A DNA stretch of 63,621 nucleotides, filler included, from Collodictyon triciliatum (taxonomy: Eukaryota): NCBI GenBank assembly GCA_043381765.1. It is 4 parts of 4 records of this genome, joined end to end, with 100 filler letters (N's around TTAATTAATTAA, not from the genome) between each part and the next. Parts side by side here need not be neighbours in the genome. Positions count along the whole stretch, not along the records: positions 31,471 to 51,712 come from JBHJMP010000131.1; positions 51,813 to 60,480 come from JBHJMP010000136.1; 2 more parts are not named here. One strand, written 5' to 3'. The notes below the pieces were generated by a model, which saw nothing but the letters and a program-made list of their open reading frames with translations, searched no databases and had not been told where the DNA came from. A program made the position numbers and the translations under genes. Shown piece by piece: positions 45,958-59,376 of the stretch (position 1 is its first letter; every line of letters starts with the position of its first letter).

Positions 45958-46325
45958 GTATTAAAGGAAAAGAAATGATTTTCACGAGCTTATCTCGTGT
46001 ATGTAACCGAGACTGCCTTAGTATCTTTCTGAATACGCGTCCTCATTTTCTATACGTGAATATTAATAGCGAAACTGTGATTAAGATTTCAGTAAGAACA
46101 CTCATTGAAATATAACTGTTGATTTGTTTTTTTTTCTTAACTCGACCAAGCAACGCGACAACCAACGCTGTGTGTAGAAAAGTTACATATGAAAATTATC
46201 TGTAAAAAAAATAATAATCAGACTCCACTTTCCCCCTCATGTTCTTATTTTCTTTCAATCCTTTCTCATTTTTTTCTTTTTGTCCTAGAATGCAAACTTG
46301 TGACAAGTGCGATAGTTTATTGACT

Positions 46326-48966
46326 TTACAGGACTTGCCACAGTTGGTCCACGCTTACGCCGTCCTTAAGTTTTTCTATAGCCTGCGGATGGCAACAGCA
46401 TTTCACAATTAAAGGAAATGTTTTTCAGATACTCAATGATTGCACGAGGATGACAGGGACATGGCAGACGATGAAAAATTCAAAGATAACATACATGAAT
46501 ATTAGTGTAAGAATAGATCGACTCACAAGACCCAGTTCAGGGCAAAAGACTGGCTCTCGGTCATCCTTCTTGTCGCCATCAGCGTAATACATGGTGAAAA
46601 CGTCATTGCCCTCGTTTCCATCCTCAACAATATCTCCTTCGTCCATCTTTCGGTCAACTTTGAGCTGGTTTAATGGAAGTGGCTAGAAAGAAATTTTGGT
46701 ATTAGATTAAGATTGATATAAGTGTAATCGGGGAGGGTTCCTATTTCTTTTCTTTTCCTTTTTTTTATTTGATAGACTTAAAGTTAATTAGAAAAATTAT
46801 GTTAATAAAAAAAAACTGTCGCATTAACCGAGAAAAAAAAAGATAATGTAAACTTTGGAAGTCAGCCCACACCTTATCTTCAATTTTGAAATCAACTCCA
46901 AGAATGGGGTTCATAGAGAACAGGCGGTGAAGATTCTGGAGCTCCTCTAGCACCTTGTGAAAGAAAAGCAATTAGACCTATCGATTAAAAAAAAAAAAAT
47001 AAAGGCGTTCTTTTTTCTCCTATCATATTTCCAAAATCCCCATATTTTAATAATGCGAAAAAAAACCAGAATAAATGCTTACCTCACTGAATTTCTCTGC
47101 GGGGTCAATACGAAAGCCCAGTACGTAGGAATGGCTACAGGGGGTTTGGAAGCGACAAATGGTTATTACGAATTTTGATGAAATGTTATCTAAAAAAGAA
47201 AAAGAAACAAGGAGGTTCGAAATAGATACCTGTATGTTGTTGTTTCGATAACCAGCGCAAGTCCAAATTTTGAGTCCCTCTTGTAAATGGATTTCTAAAC
47301 AAAAATGTAACTTATCAGACGCAGTCAAAAAAAAATTGGTTGTTTCTCGTGAAGAGCGAACGCACATATGGTGGGTGAATTGTAATAGAATTGTACCATT
47401 TGCAGGTAGGGGATACTGACGTTGAAGTTTTCTGCAAGATTTGCGTGCCATACCAGACGAACATTCGTTATAAAGAATGTCCCAATGTTTCCTTGGTCTG
47501 ATGAAAGATTCCATACTCCCATGACCTTAAATATATTTTGAATTTATGAATGGCTTCTTAAAATCATCTGCATTATCCGCTCAGCATTTCAAGTATGGAG
47601 ATTAGTATAGTATTATCAGACAAAGATAATCATTTATGAGACCACCAGGAAAAATACTTTCTCACTCTATTTGATTGAAAGGCATGCCTTTTTTTTTTCT
47701 TGAGTTAAGAATTTACCTTGTCATATATTTGCTCATGGGGCAATAGAATGAGCTGCTTTTCGCGAATGATGGCACCTCTCAATTTCAGGTCGCGGTACAA
47801 TTTACTTGTCTCGTACGCTCTTTATAAAGTACCCATTTGTATGTATTGTGGAGTTTATTCAGATAGGACAATTAGAATCATAACCGGACGAAATGGCAGT
47901 GGAAACCACTATTTATGGTGAAATAACAGACGACACAATAATACAAGGGAAATGAATGCACCTGTGTACTGCTTGGATGGTGGTAAACAGCCTGGGGCTG
48001 TTTGGAATAAGGCTCGTGAAGATAAACTCAAAGCGGGTATTTGCAAACTTTGTCAGGACATATAAGGCCTGGGTGTTTCCACGGAGCCGAGAAGAAGCTG
48101 TTCTGATTGTAATGCTGATGACGCAGTCATAGCCAATGCCTGGAATGAACATAAACACATGCTGTTTGAGCGGAATCCGCCAGCTTGGAGCCAAAATTTG
48201 GATAATGATAAGGTGAAGGGAGAGCCTTTGATAAGGAAATAAATTAATCAAGTGGCAGGATAACATTTGCTATATATTACTTAGGTTTGTTTTTGGGTAG
48301 CGGTGGGATGCCCAGATTATTCGGAGGTTGGTTATGGCAAGGGCTCCTTGGTCGCCATTATTTCCTTTGGTGTCTTCGACCTAATGTTTGAAACCAACAT
48401 CAAGTCCCAATCTTATGTTAGGAATGCTCACTTTCCCACTTTGCTGCATCAAGAGTTGTCCGAGCAAATTGATATAAAGAGGATTATTATGTCTGAAGGA
48501 GCAAAGAGTGCCGAGTTATACAGGCATTTGTTTGTTTTTTTTTGCTCTGGTGGGTAATATGTTCTGTTTACAGAAAATGAAGATATGAATAAAAGAAAAG
48601 GCGTGTCCTCATCTTTTTAAATGGCTAACCTGATTCATAGAGTCGATTAACATTTCACCACGCTTCAGATCCATGTCTCTGTTTTCAAGAGTTGGGAGGA
48701 AACACATACGGTTAACATTATAGTTGCGGCTTTATGTTTTGTTTTGTTTTTCAATGTATCTGATAAATAAGTAGAAAGCCAAGGTGACGATGCCACGTGT
48801 TGATACGATCTTTCCAGCCCTTGTTTGTTCATTCAAGGTCTTTGAGGCCATACCCGAGAGGGCTGTGTTCTGACAAGCTGAAAAGACGTCGAGTTACTTA
48901 CGGGACAGGAATGTCGAAGCGGATTTCTCTGTCCTGCCAAACGATGCCTTCACCAGACGCGTCCAT
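46326..48966 (-). CDS. BBS5: Bardet-Biedl syndrome 5 protein (BBSome subunit)
   Basis: [49 protein letters not shown]...[84 protein letters not shown]...QLWQVL*. Confidence 0.97.
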
Positions 48967-49358
48967 TTTCTTGGCTGTTTGGGCTCTGAGAAAGGAAGAA
49001 AAATGAGTGTTGCAACAGCTGCGAAGACTATGATTGTCGACAACGAGGATCCCTTTCCTGCTCTCCCTGCTTCCTGTTTTCTTTTCTTTTTAATATCATG
49101 TTGTTATTTGCCTTTTTTTAAGTTAGGCACATCCCCTTGGCCTTATATTTAAATTCAATCAAGCAGGCTCCTCACAGTCAAATAATTCATTTTAGATTCC
49201 ACTTTAGTAATCCGGTTCATCCTTTTCTGGAAAATTGAGGGATTGTGGTTCGCGGTCGCAACAGGGTCAAATAAAAAATTGCTTTGGACTTTTGGCGTTG
49301 CCCGCTGCGTCTGGTGGTTGATAAATCAAGTCAGTCCGATGTGCTACAAATACATACG

Positions 49359-50835
49359 TCATTGTTCTTCCTCCTCTTCCTCTTCTTCCTCCTCCTCTTC
49401 TTCCTCTTCTTCTTCCTCCTCTTCCTCCTCCTCCTCTTCTTCTTCCTCTTCTTCATCATCCTCCGTGTCAGCCGTCCGTGACGTGATGTCACTACTAGAC
49501 TCCGTCGGCAGTTCTTCCCCGGATTCCTCGTATATGGTCTCAGGTCGCTCTCGTGAGAAATTCCCGCTGGTATCTTCTCTTGGCTTCCTATTTCTTCTTC
49601 GCGGGCGTTTCTTTTTTGTTGTTGGTGTTGTTGTCTGTTGCAATGATTTCCAATAGTCTGATGTTGTCTGTTGTGATGATATAATTGTCAGTCGAACAGC
49701 AGAGTTCATTCGCCGCAAGCCATTTATCTTATTGATTCATTGTATTCATTGACTGGAGTAAAAATGCACCAATTTTAATTCATAGAAAAACCTGATGTTT
49801 GTGATAAACTATCTCTAGCGTCGATGACAATGAGGGCCCTAGTATGGCGGTCTAAATGAAAGGAAAATCCAATTGAGCATCGGTTAAAAGAGTGAGAAAA
49901 GAATAAGAATGTCTATAGGATGCTAGATGTTGCCAAAGTCTCTTGTAAATTTTTCTCCATACAAAAGTGTCTTTCAGTTCCTCTGTAAACTTTTCAATAG
50001 CCTCTTTATCTCCCCCATCTTGGTTCCAAATATGAAGGTAATCGACATTTTGTCGAATGGATAGGACTACCCCAGTCTAAGCAACAGACAATTTTACAAG
50101 ATTAATCAAATTCTACAAAAATTGTACTTAAGAAACAAGAAATCATACAGAGAATATGGAATAAATGAATATGAATGAATCATCATCAAAATTTGGTAAA
50201 TATACTAAAACGCACCAAGTCCTCATGAAAGGTGAATCCTCCATCAACCATTCTCTGAATCACTTGTATCCAGAGTAGACGGACACAGTTATTGGCCAAT
50301 GGGGATTGGACAGTCTGTTAAACACAGATTAGTAAAGTATTGCACAGATATGAGGATGACTCAACATTAATATAATAAAATAGCATAACACACAACATTA
50401 TTCAAGATTGGTAAAGAGGAGAGAAAAAAAAAGGAAAAAAGAGAAGAAAAAAAGACCTCATGGGACATGAGGACTTACCCATTTTCCTCCATAGTAATTA
50501 GAAGGGTCTTCCCATGTGGGCATTATTCCAGTACGGAATATTCTTATATTGCAATGATTCGGCAAATCAACTGTATCTGAAATTATGTTAAAGTATCGAT
50601 CCAGTTCCTACATCAATAGTATTAAGTTTATAAATTTCCATGAACATAGGAGACATAAAATACTCAAAGGGTGGATTGATTGTATTTATCTATAGAATAC
50701 AATATTTACCTGTCTCGTAGAAAATCTACCCAGAGATTTCAGGCTTCCCTGTATGTTCCATTACAAGTTGTAGGCTATTAGTCGTGCGCAATTTGCAATA
50801 GATAAAACTTACATGGGCGATTTCGTTTGAAGGGC

Positions 50836-50912
<77 letters not shown>

Positions 50913-51495
50913 CATAATCATAATCATAATAATCATAATAATCATAATAATCATAATAATCATAATAATCATAATAATACGAACACGAAAAGGTTCATCT
51001 GACAAACCTCAAATGTCAACTTTTCTGGCTCAACGGAGGTAGATTTATCAAACCACCATTCCCAAGGGCAGTCAAGTATCCCTTCACCACTGAAGTCAAT
51101 ATGAATTGGTTGCAAGATTGTTTGTGATGATTCTACACATGAGCTGCTTCGTGAGCTCTGCTGAGATACTTCTGCAGAATATGACAGCCCGTCTTGGGTA
51201 GAACAAACAGACAACCCATCAACCTTAGTACATTAAACCGGATTAAATTTGATTAAAGTAAATTCAAGAGACTTTCATTGGTATAATAAAATACTAGAGG
51301 TTGATGAGCAAATAAGCTCTGCAGTTCATATATTTTATATTTAAAAATATTCCAAAAAGTGAAGAAACAGAGAGAGGGAGAAAAATTCTAGTAAGACAAA
51401 TACATTCAATGATGTTGAGCGAGACCGTTCATCTGAGCTTTGCATACTCGAAGCCTTCGCTGCCTCAGCAAATTCAAGAAATGATGGTATATTCC
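49359..51495 (-). CDS. Atypical eIF4E-family cap-binding protein with basic NLS-like stretch and poly-Glu C-tail (5' end cut by spacer)
   Basis: LDCPWEWWFD, SLKSLGRFST, RIFRTGIMPTWEDPSNYYGGKW, RLLWIQV, TGVVLSIRQNVDYLHIWN, IVYHKH align with the eIF4E core. In-phase GT-AG exons lead to TGA 49359. Confidence 0.88.
50837..50979. repeat. (AAT)n/(AATCAT)n microsatellite
   Basis: Directly visible. Confidence 0.95.
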
Positions 51496-51515
51496 CTGTA
51501 ATCCAGCGATGGATT

Positions 51516-51518
<3 letters not shown>

Positions 51519-51605
<87 letters not shown>

Positions 51606-51610
51606 AAGAA
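51519..51610. repeat. (AAT)n(AAG)n compound microsatellite
   Basis: Directly visible. Confidence 0.95.
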
Positions 51611-51712
51611 CTCTTGAAAAACTATGGTTTTCTTTTTACGGTAATGTTCTTCAATACAAAAGAAAAATGATAATAGTTGAAAGAAATATCTATTACAGAC
51701 CCGATTTTCTTG

Positions 51713-51812
51713 NNNNNNNNNNNNNNNNNNNNNNNNNNNNNNNNNNNNNNNNNNNNTTAATTAATTAANNNNNNNNNNNNNNNNNNNNNNNNNNNNNNNN
51801 NNNNNNNNNNNN
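51713..51812. other. Artificial assembly spacer N44-TTAATTAATTAA-N44
   Basis: Same 100-nt block. Confidence 0.95.
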
Positions 51813-51878
51813 ATAAAATAAAAATAAAATAAAAATAAAATAAAAATAAAATAAAAATAAAAATAAAATAAAAATAAA

Positions 51879-51909
<31 letters not shown>

Positions 51910-51975
51910 TAAAAATAAAAATAAAAATAAAATAAAATAAAAATAAAATAAAAATAGAATAAAAACAAAATAAAA
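51813..51975. repeat. (TAAAA/TAAAAA)n repeat
   Basis: Directly visible at contig edge. Confidence 0.9.
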
Positions 51976-52094
51976 ACACAGCAACGAGTAAATTGCTCGT
52001 AATACGCTCCCGAAGCTGCCGCTCAGAAATCGCACAAGATTAGTGCAGTTGGTGTAAAGCGCATCAGACTCTGATCAAGCTTGGTTGTGTAGGA

Positions 52095-52420
52095 ATGGCT
52101 CTTCTAGGCCGAGGACTTGCGTTATTCGTGAGCACTGATCTTATCATGCACGTCCAGTCGGACTGTCATTTATACATATACACATATATCAATATATAAT
52201 GTCACTTTTGTTGGGGGATGTATATGCAAAGCTTTGTACAATCGCCCACGAAAAGCATATGACATTAGACCGCCTTGGGGATCGGCACTTACACCGCATA
52301 CAGCAGCGTGCAACAAGAATTCGAAAACGCCTTTCTTCCTTTTCGCGAAAGTGTGTCGTGTTTCATGGACAAACACTAATTCGATTCTTACCATCATAGT
52401 GTTTTCTCTCTTTCATCCTT

Positions 52421-52466
<46 letters not shown>

Positions 52467-55400
52467 TTCTTCAAATTCACATTTATTCACATTTTTTATA
52501 CCCTGAAATATCACATGTAAGAAACTCTGCAAATTGATGTGACATTTCCCATATATCTTGAGAATCATATAGGTTAATGCATATCTATATAAATAGAAAT
52601 CAAGGATGTCACTACTTTCTTTGGGTCGATAAAGGTCCCTGACAAGAAGAAGTATTTTTTCCCATTAAATATAAACAAATATTTATTACTGGACATATCA
52701 AGCGGCTCCAATTCAGGCAGTGCTCATGTTATTATATAAAGAGAACATTAGTTCGATATAGCTCACTTCCTATTATTTACCTGAGGATTTATGAAATGTT
52801 GCAGAGCCGTAGGATATCGCGGAAATCTCCCAGATGAAAGCGTTCCCAGTGATGAAGAAATAGAAGTGAAGCGAGACCCCAGCTTTGAAAATGATATGGA
52901 GGTTATACATCCTTAAAGTTTGCTATCAGACCTGATTTTTGTTGCCGAAGCATATCTCCTTTTTTTTTTTTTTTAATATATATAACTTCTGCATCGTCTT
53001 ATTATCCTATTAGAAAGACTAAATAATTTAAATGCGATTAAACGTGAATGCAATCAACAGAGAAGTAAAATAAATATGGAAAAGAAAATGGAGCAACTCC
53101 GAAAGGAGCGTGAGGAAATTGAAAGAAGGTATTAATATGATTCCAGTACTTTGTATGTTTTCTCTAATGCTAATTGAAAGAAATACATTAATAATGGTGA
53201 TAATATTGTATTAAAAAAGACGCTCTATTCCATCCATGATCAATAAATATCACATTTATTCAAATAATATAATCTTATCCTTTAGCATCAAAGCGCTACA
53301 GCAAACTGAAAGAGATGGGCATACAAATTCAGGAAAATCCTCTATTGTCGAGCTTTACTCTCGCTTGCTCGATACTCTTAATTCACCAGATTTGAAACTT
53401 CACTCCCAGGACATAATGCCCCGAATTGTAATCCCCCAAATAAATTGTTTGCTTCCTTTTCTCTCCAATTCAATCCTTAGATCTCTCTCTAAAATGTGTA
53501 ATGGGTGTATTTTTTTAATTAAAAAAACCGATGATGTATTATTGTTGACTCGCCTCAAAAGGTTGTTGTTGGTGATCAAAGTGCAGGAAAAACAAGTGTT
53601 CTTGAAATGTTCGCCGAAGTAAATGATTAGCATCCCAACAATTTTTTATATAAAAATTAATATATTTCTTCGATAATTTGCTTCTTTATCATTTCCTTAT
53701 ACACTTATTCTATATCGAATACATGCCTTTATTTTTTTTTTGAAATGTACTCCGCATGGAACCGCTGTTTATAGAGTAGATCAGAACAATCGTAGACACC
53801 ATAGTTATGTATTGTATTTTCTTTATCCATGAGTACTGATAGTCAGTTTTGCAGGCGCGTATATTTCCACGAGGGTCTGGTGAAATGATGACAAGGTCCC
53901 CGATACAAGTATGGAGTCACTGACTTTTTTTTTCTCCCTCCACCTCTCGTTTTTTTTTTCTTTTAATGTATATCTTAGATTGCTTTAGTAATGATAGAGT
54001 ATATTTTGATCTAACTTAATTCCTGAACCCAAGGTAACATTGACTGGAGGCGACGAGCGTATTGCGCATTTCAAGGATGAGAAGCATGTTTACAGACTCG
54101 ACAACGAAGAGGATTTGGCGAAGCTGAGATTTGACATCGAATCGAAGATGAAAGATAGCATAAAAAAGGGTTTAGACTATTCCTATTTCGGGACAGGAGT
54201 AGACTCAAGAAGCATACAATATGTCATTCTATTCCGCATTTCTTACATCGAAATACATACCTCGATTGAATAATAGTGTTTCTAATACTGAGTAAAATGC
54301 AGGAGAAACTGTGAGTGATAGGGTGATATCACTGACTGTAAGAGGATCAAAGCACCGAATAGTTCTAGTAGATTTGCCTGTAATGATTTTTCTCACTTTT
54401 GGTCTATCAATTTAATACTAATTTTGGAGATCCTACTGATGAAGTTTTAACTCTTAGGGAGTGATTGGAAGTGTGACTGCAGGAATGTCCCCTACCACCA
54501 AAGGAGACATATTTAGAATGAGCAGGTATGGTTTTTGTGTGTGTCTTTTATTATCTTTCTTTTTCCATGTTCAATTTTCATCATGATTTCTTCTAGATTT
54601 TCAAAAAAAAAAAAAGGGAAGAAGATGAAAAAAATAGCTTCAAGATTTTATTCTATACTTTATACCAGGTCTTTTATCAATAACCCAAACGCTATTATTC
54701 TCTGCATACAAGATGGATCTGTAGATGCAGAAAGGTTTTGTCGATATTTTCCTACGATCGCCTTTACAGTTTAATGTTTAATTACTTGCCTCTTATCTAG
54801 ATATTCCCTATTTGTTCATTTTTGATAAAACATATACCAAAATAATACATTTCGTAATACTCCAGGAGCAATATAACAGATTTGGTCAATGAAGCGGATC
54901 CTAAAGGTTTGAATCTGATTTACTCAAGAAATCTACACTTTCATAAATTCTATATTACATGGACTTTAAAGAATAAAAATACATACAAACATAGGCGAAC
55001 GAACTATATTTGTTCTCACAAAAGTGGATTTAGGTTTCACCCATACTCATTTATTTTGATGTAGAAGAAATCAGCATAACATTACATTTTCCCCATCTAC
55101 TTTGTTTTGTAATAAAGATAATCACAGTAGCAGTAAAACGTCAATTATATATAAATAATAAATGAGCAAGTAATTTTTTCTTTCCATTTTTATGATAATT
55201 CCAGCTGAGAAAGCAATCCGAGCAGATAGAATTAAGCAAATATTGGACGGGAAACTTTTCGGAATGAAGGCATTAGGATATTTTGCTGTGGTATTATTAA
55301 TATTATCTTGTATACAATCTAAGTACTTTTTATCAAGCGCATATCCTACATGAAGGTGAAGAACATGCTAATTTTTGTTTTAAAAATTAATCAGGAATCA

Positions 55401-56098
55401 ATTGATTAATTTCATAACATCGCTGATTGATAATACGCCCTACATTAGCCGACATAGTGTTAATAATCACAATACATATAATTGGGATCCATAGATTACC
55501 GGGACAGGGAATTCTTCAGACACGATTTCTTCTATTAGAAAATATGAACATGAGTATTTCAAAACATCATCGCTGGTCAAGTGAGGCAACCGTCAAAACA
55601 TATCGCCCAATTTATCAACCAATTTGTTTTCTTTTACTCAAAACAACATCGGATTGCTTATGTATCTTTATGTGCTTAGTAACAAGGTTTTAAGTTCTTC
55701 ACAAGTGTCCATGGATAGACTTTCGGAAGCAATTACAAAGGCATTTAAGCTTGTTTTAATTTTTGGTTAAAAAAGGACCGAGGAAATCGAGAGCATCTTA
55801 TATAAAAATTATTTATGTAATAATGGTCGAAACATTCATCAATTATTGGATGTAGATATTTTGGCTGCAAGTTCGTCGAAGCACTGGCTTACAGTTAGCT
55901 GCCATTACTAGAGAACTCTTAAAATGTGAAAAAGAATATGCCTTAATGTTTGGAAATCGAGTTCTCTCTCGGGTAAGTTGAAATGCAGTTTTATCAAAAT
56001 ATTTGCTAATATATTGCTTTTTGAACCCTAATAGAGTACTACTCTTTTATTGCAGAGTCTACATTCACAAAAAAAAAAAAAAAAAAAAAAAATAGTGT

Positions 56099-56166
<68 letters not shown>

Positions 56167-59100
56167 ATATCTTAGATTGCTTTAGTAATGATAGAGTATA
56201 TTTTGATCTAACTTAATTCCTGAACCCAAGGTATCTTTGTNNNNNNNNNNNNNNNNNNNNNNNNNNNNNNNNNNNNNNNNNNNNNNNNNNNNNNNNNNNN
56301 NNNNNNNNNNNNNNNNNNNNNNNNNNNNNNNNNNNNNNNNTTTATAAAAATATTTGCTTAAATTTTGCTTTTTGAACCCCAAAAAAAAAAAAATCTTTTA
56401 TTGCAGAGTCTACATTCACAAAAAAAAAAAAAAAATCGATTGAATTTAGGATGATGCATTTGGTATCTCGAGGACCGCCATCTTATCAAAAATCCACTCA
56501 TCAGAGGCTCTAAAAGCTGCCTACAAGTATGCTAGCTTCTTTTTTTATTTTTCCTTTTAATTGTTGCTGTTGTTGCTGTTGTTGCTTGTGTATATCATGT
56601 TTGTACATATTTTTAATTATGACAATTAAGATTAAGACTATAATTCTTTGAATGAAATTAATGGAAAAGGATTATGATTATGATTATATACCCAAATCTA
56701 TGTTAATTATTGGCGCCATTGTAAAATATTTCGCTTGTATCGCACCTTATATTGCATCCACGTCCGGAATAAATGAAAAGGGAGAAAGTTTTCTCAAATA
56801 AGATGTGGAATGCAATTTCGAAGCAATTCTTGGAGGAATTCTATTTACAATCATTTATTGAAGCAGGTTTATAGATTCGTATACATATCGTCTGGGACGA
56901 TAAAAAGATTTTTTCCCCTTTATTCGATTCAAAGAACAATCATTAAATGATAAAAAGCTTACGCTGAATAATGCACACCTTTAACATACTTACCATTTAC
57001 AATAGATACGTACAAGGAATTTCTGGTATCTATGGAAAGTAAGCTGTCAAGTTGGCCACAGGTTGTTTACTGATTTTCATTTTATTTCTCGGGTATTTTA
57101 TAGCGAAAATGATTATACCCTATTGAAATCTGATTACACAGGATGGATTGACTGACACCAGCATGGATGTTGGAAAACAGGCTCTTCTAGAGAGTCTTCA
57201 AGACTTGCCACTAGTGAATATCAATACATAAATCAGTCAATTGCTACTTTGGCAGTTGTAAAAGAATAAAACATACCCCATATCGTTTTGATTTTAGGAT
57301 AAATCAGACTTTCCCGATGGACAGTCCCCAACTGAGGCTCTTTGGCAAAATGTGTTTTCCAAAGTCAAAGGAACATTGAAGTGGCCTCCTCGAACCCGGG
57401 ACAGCTTGGTAATAAATATGCATCATACCGAAATATTATACTTTCATTTTTTCTTAGGGGGATACCTCTATTTTTTCTTCACTCGGGGGGGGGGGGGGGG
57501 GGGGGCAGCAACGAAAAATTATAAATAAAAAGTTTTAAGACACACAACTCAAGCCTCAAGCAANNNNNNNNNNNNNNNNNNNNNNNNNNNNNNNNNNNNN
57601 NNNNNNNNNNNNNNNNNNNNNNNNNNNNNNNNNNNNNNNNNNNNNNNNNNNNNNNNNNNNNNNTTAATTTCATGCTGGGTCCGCAAAATACACCTTCTGC
57701 CAATGTCACGGGAGGAGAAAGTGGAAGAGTGTGTCTCCAACGAAATAAATCAGGCAATCGATATTGAGATCTAAACCAAGACACCATACGCATTATATAG
57801 CTGTCCATTCAAACATCTATGATGAAGGAAGATATCATATCGAAGTTTGATTGGGATGAGGGAATATCATTTATGCAAGGTTATCCCTCCATATTCTTTG
57901 TTCATTTTGACATTGTATTATTCGTCACATATAGTATTGTTGTATATATTGCCTTTTTAAACTTGGAGAAAAAGAAGAAAAAAGCCGAATCAAGAGGTAT
58001 TACCTCAAAATAGTGATATACGTTAACATTTTTCACAGCTAAGATAGTGGAGCACATCAGAAGACTGAAGGCAGAAAATCGAGCCAGTTTTTCTCCGTAT
58101 TAAATCAAATCGTATTTCCTTCCTTTTTGTTGAGAATAACATATAAATCAAATAATTTATTCTATTCCATTTTTTATCACAAGGTCTTGGGGACAAAAAA
58201 TTAGAAAGCAAGAATACACAAGTCTTGAGCAGGATGTCAACTCGTTGTTACTACAGAGTAGTCAGAATCTCATGAAGAAGGAGGTGATGGAGGAATCAAT
58301 TTATTCCCCTTTGCACAAATTTTCCTGTTTTCTTTCACACTGAATATGATAATTAGAAAGGGGATTTCATAAGGCCCGAGAGCAAAAGTATCTAATAGTG
58401 ATGTACTTTTATATCCTTTTCAGGGAATTAATGTAAAGCTTGAACCTTCTGAACTCGCTTTACTAAAAAAGTCGATTAGGATCAAATATGGAATGGATGT
58501 TTCTGATGAACAGGTGTTTATAACCTATCTTGGTGATTTATTATTATGATTTCATAATAGACTTTGGTCTGCATAGCAATATTCGTATGCATATGATACA
58601 ATCATAAGAAAGTTGGAAAAGAAGTCGAGCCCCTTATCCAGATCGATTTGATCACTTATATAACCTCTGCAGGTCATTAAGGTATTTAAATATGCACAAA
58701 AACTGGAATTTCTTCGATTATCTGCAAAATCAGCGAAGCATTGCTCCAACGCATATAGCAAGGATTCCATTCAGAAAAAAGGCAAGCGCCGAGTATACAC
58801 AAACTAAAACAAATTAATACAAATCACCTCCCCATCTGAAACCATTAAATATACTCAACGAACGGGCGAATCTCTGAACATCGGTATGTATATAACTCTA
58901 TTCTTTTTGGTGTTTGAGTAGCCCCAAATCACCTGGAATGTCAAGATGTTGTCCTCTTTCTGCGTGTTTATCGCGCCATGAATGCAACCGAAAAGGCATT
59001 CCGTGTCAAAATGTTTGATTTGAAAGGTTTCATTTAATCTTTATCTGGCTTATATACAGCTTTACCTAATCCCTTTTTTTTTCTTTATCTTATTGCCTTT

Positions 59101-59331
59101 ATTTCTTTGAATCGAATGAAGGGGGGGGGGGGGGGGGGGAAGGGAAAAAAAAAAAAACAAAAAAGAGAAAAAGAGGGGTGCTTGTCTACGCATACATTCT
59201 TATGCTGTTTTCCCTGATTTACTCTTTNNNNNNNNNNNNNNNNNNNNNNNNNNNNNNNNNNNNNNNNNNNNNNNNNNNNNNNNNNNNNNNNNNNNNNNNN
59301 NNNNNNNNNNNNNNNNNNNNNNNNNNNTTTT

Positions 59332-59376
<45 letters not shown>

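Noticed and set aside
55990-56435. Copy of OPA1 intron sequence 53965-54036 at 56162-56233, and repeat of 55995-56070 after the gap
   Set aside because: Joined through a poly-T run beside an N-gap; most likely a mis-assembly rather than exon duplication.
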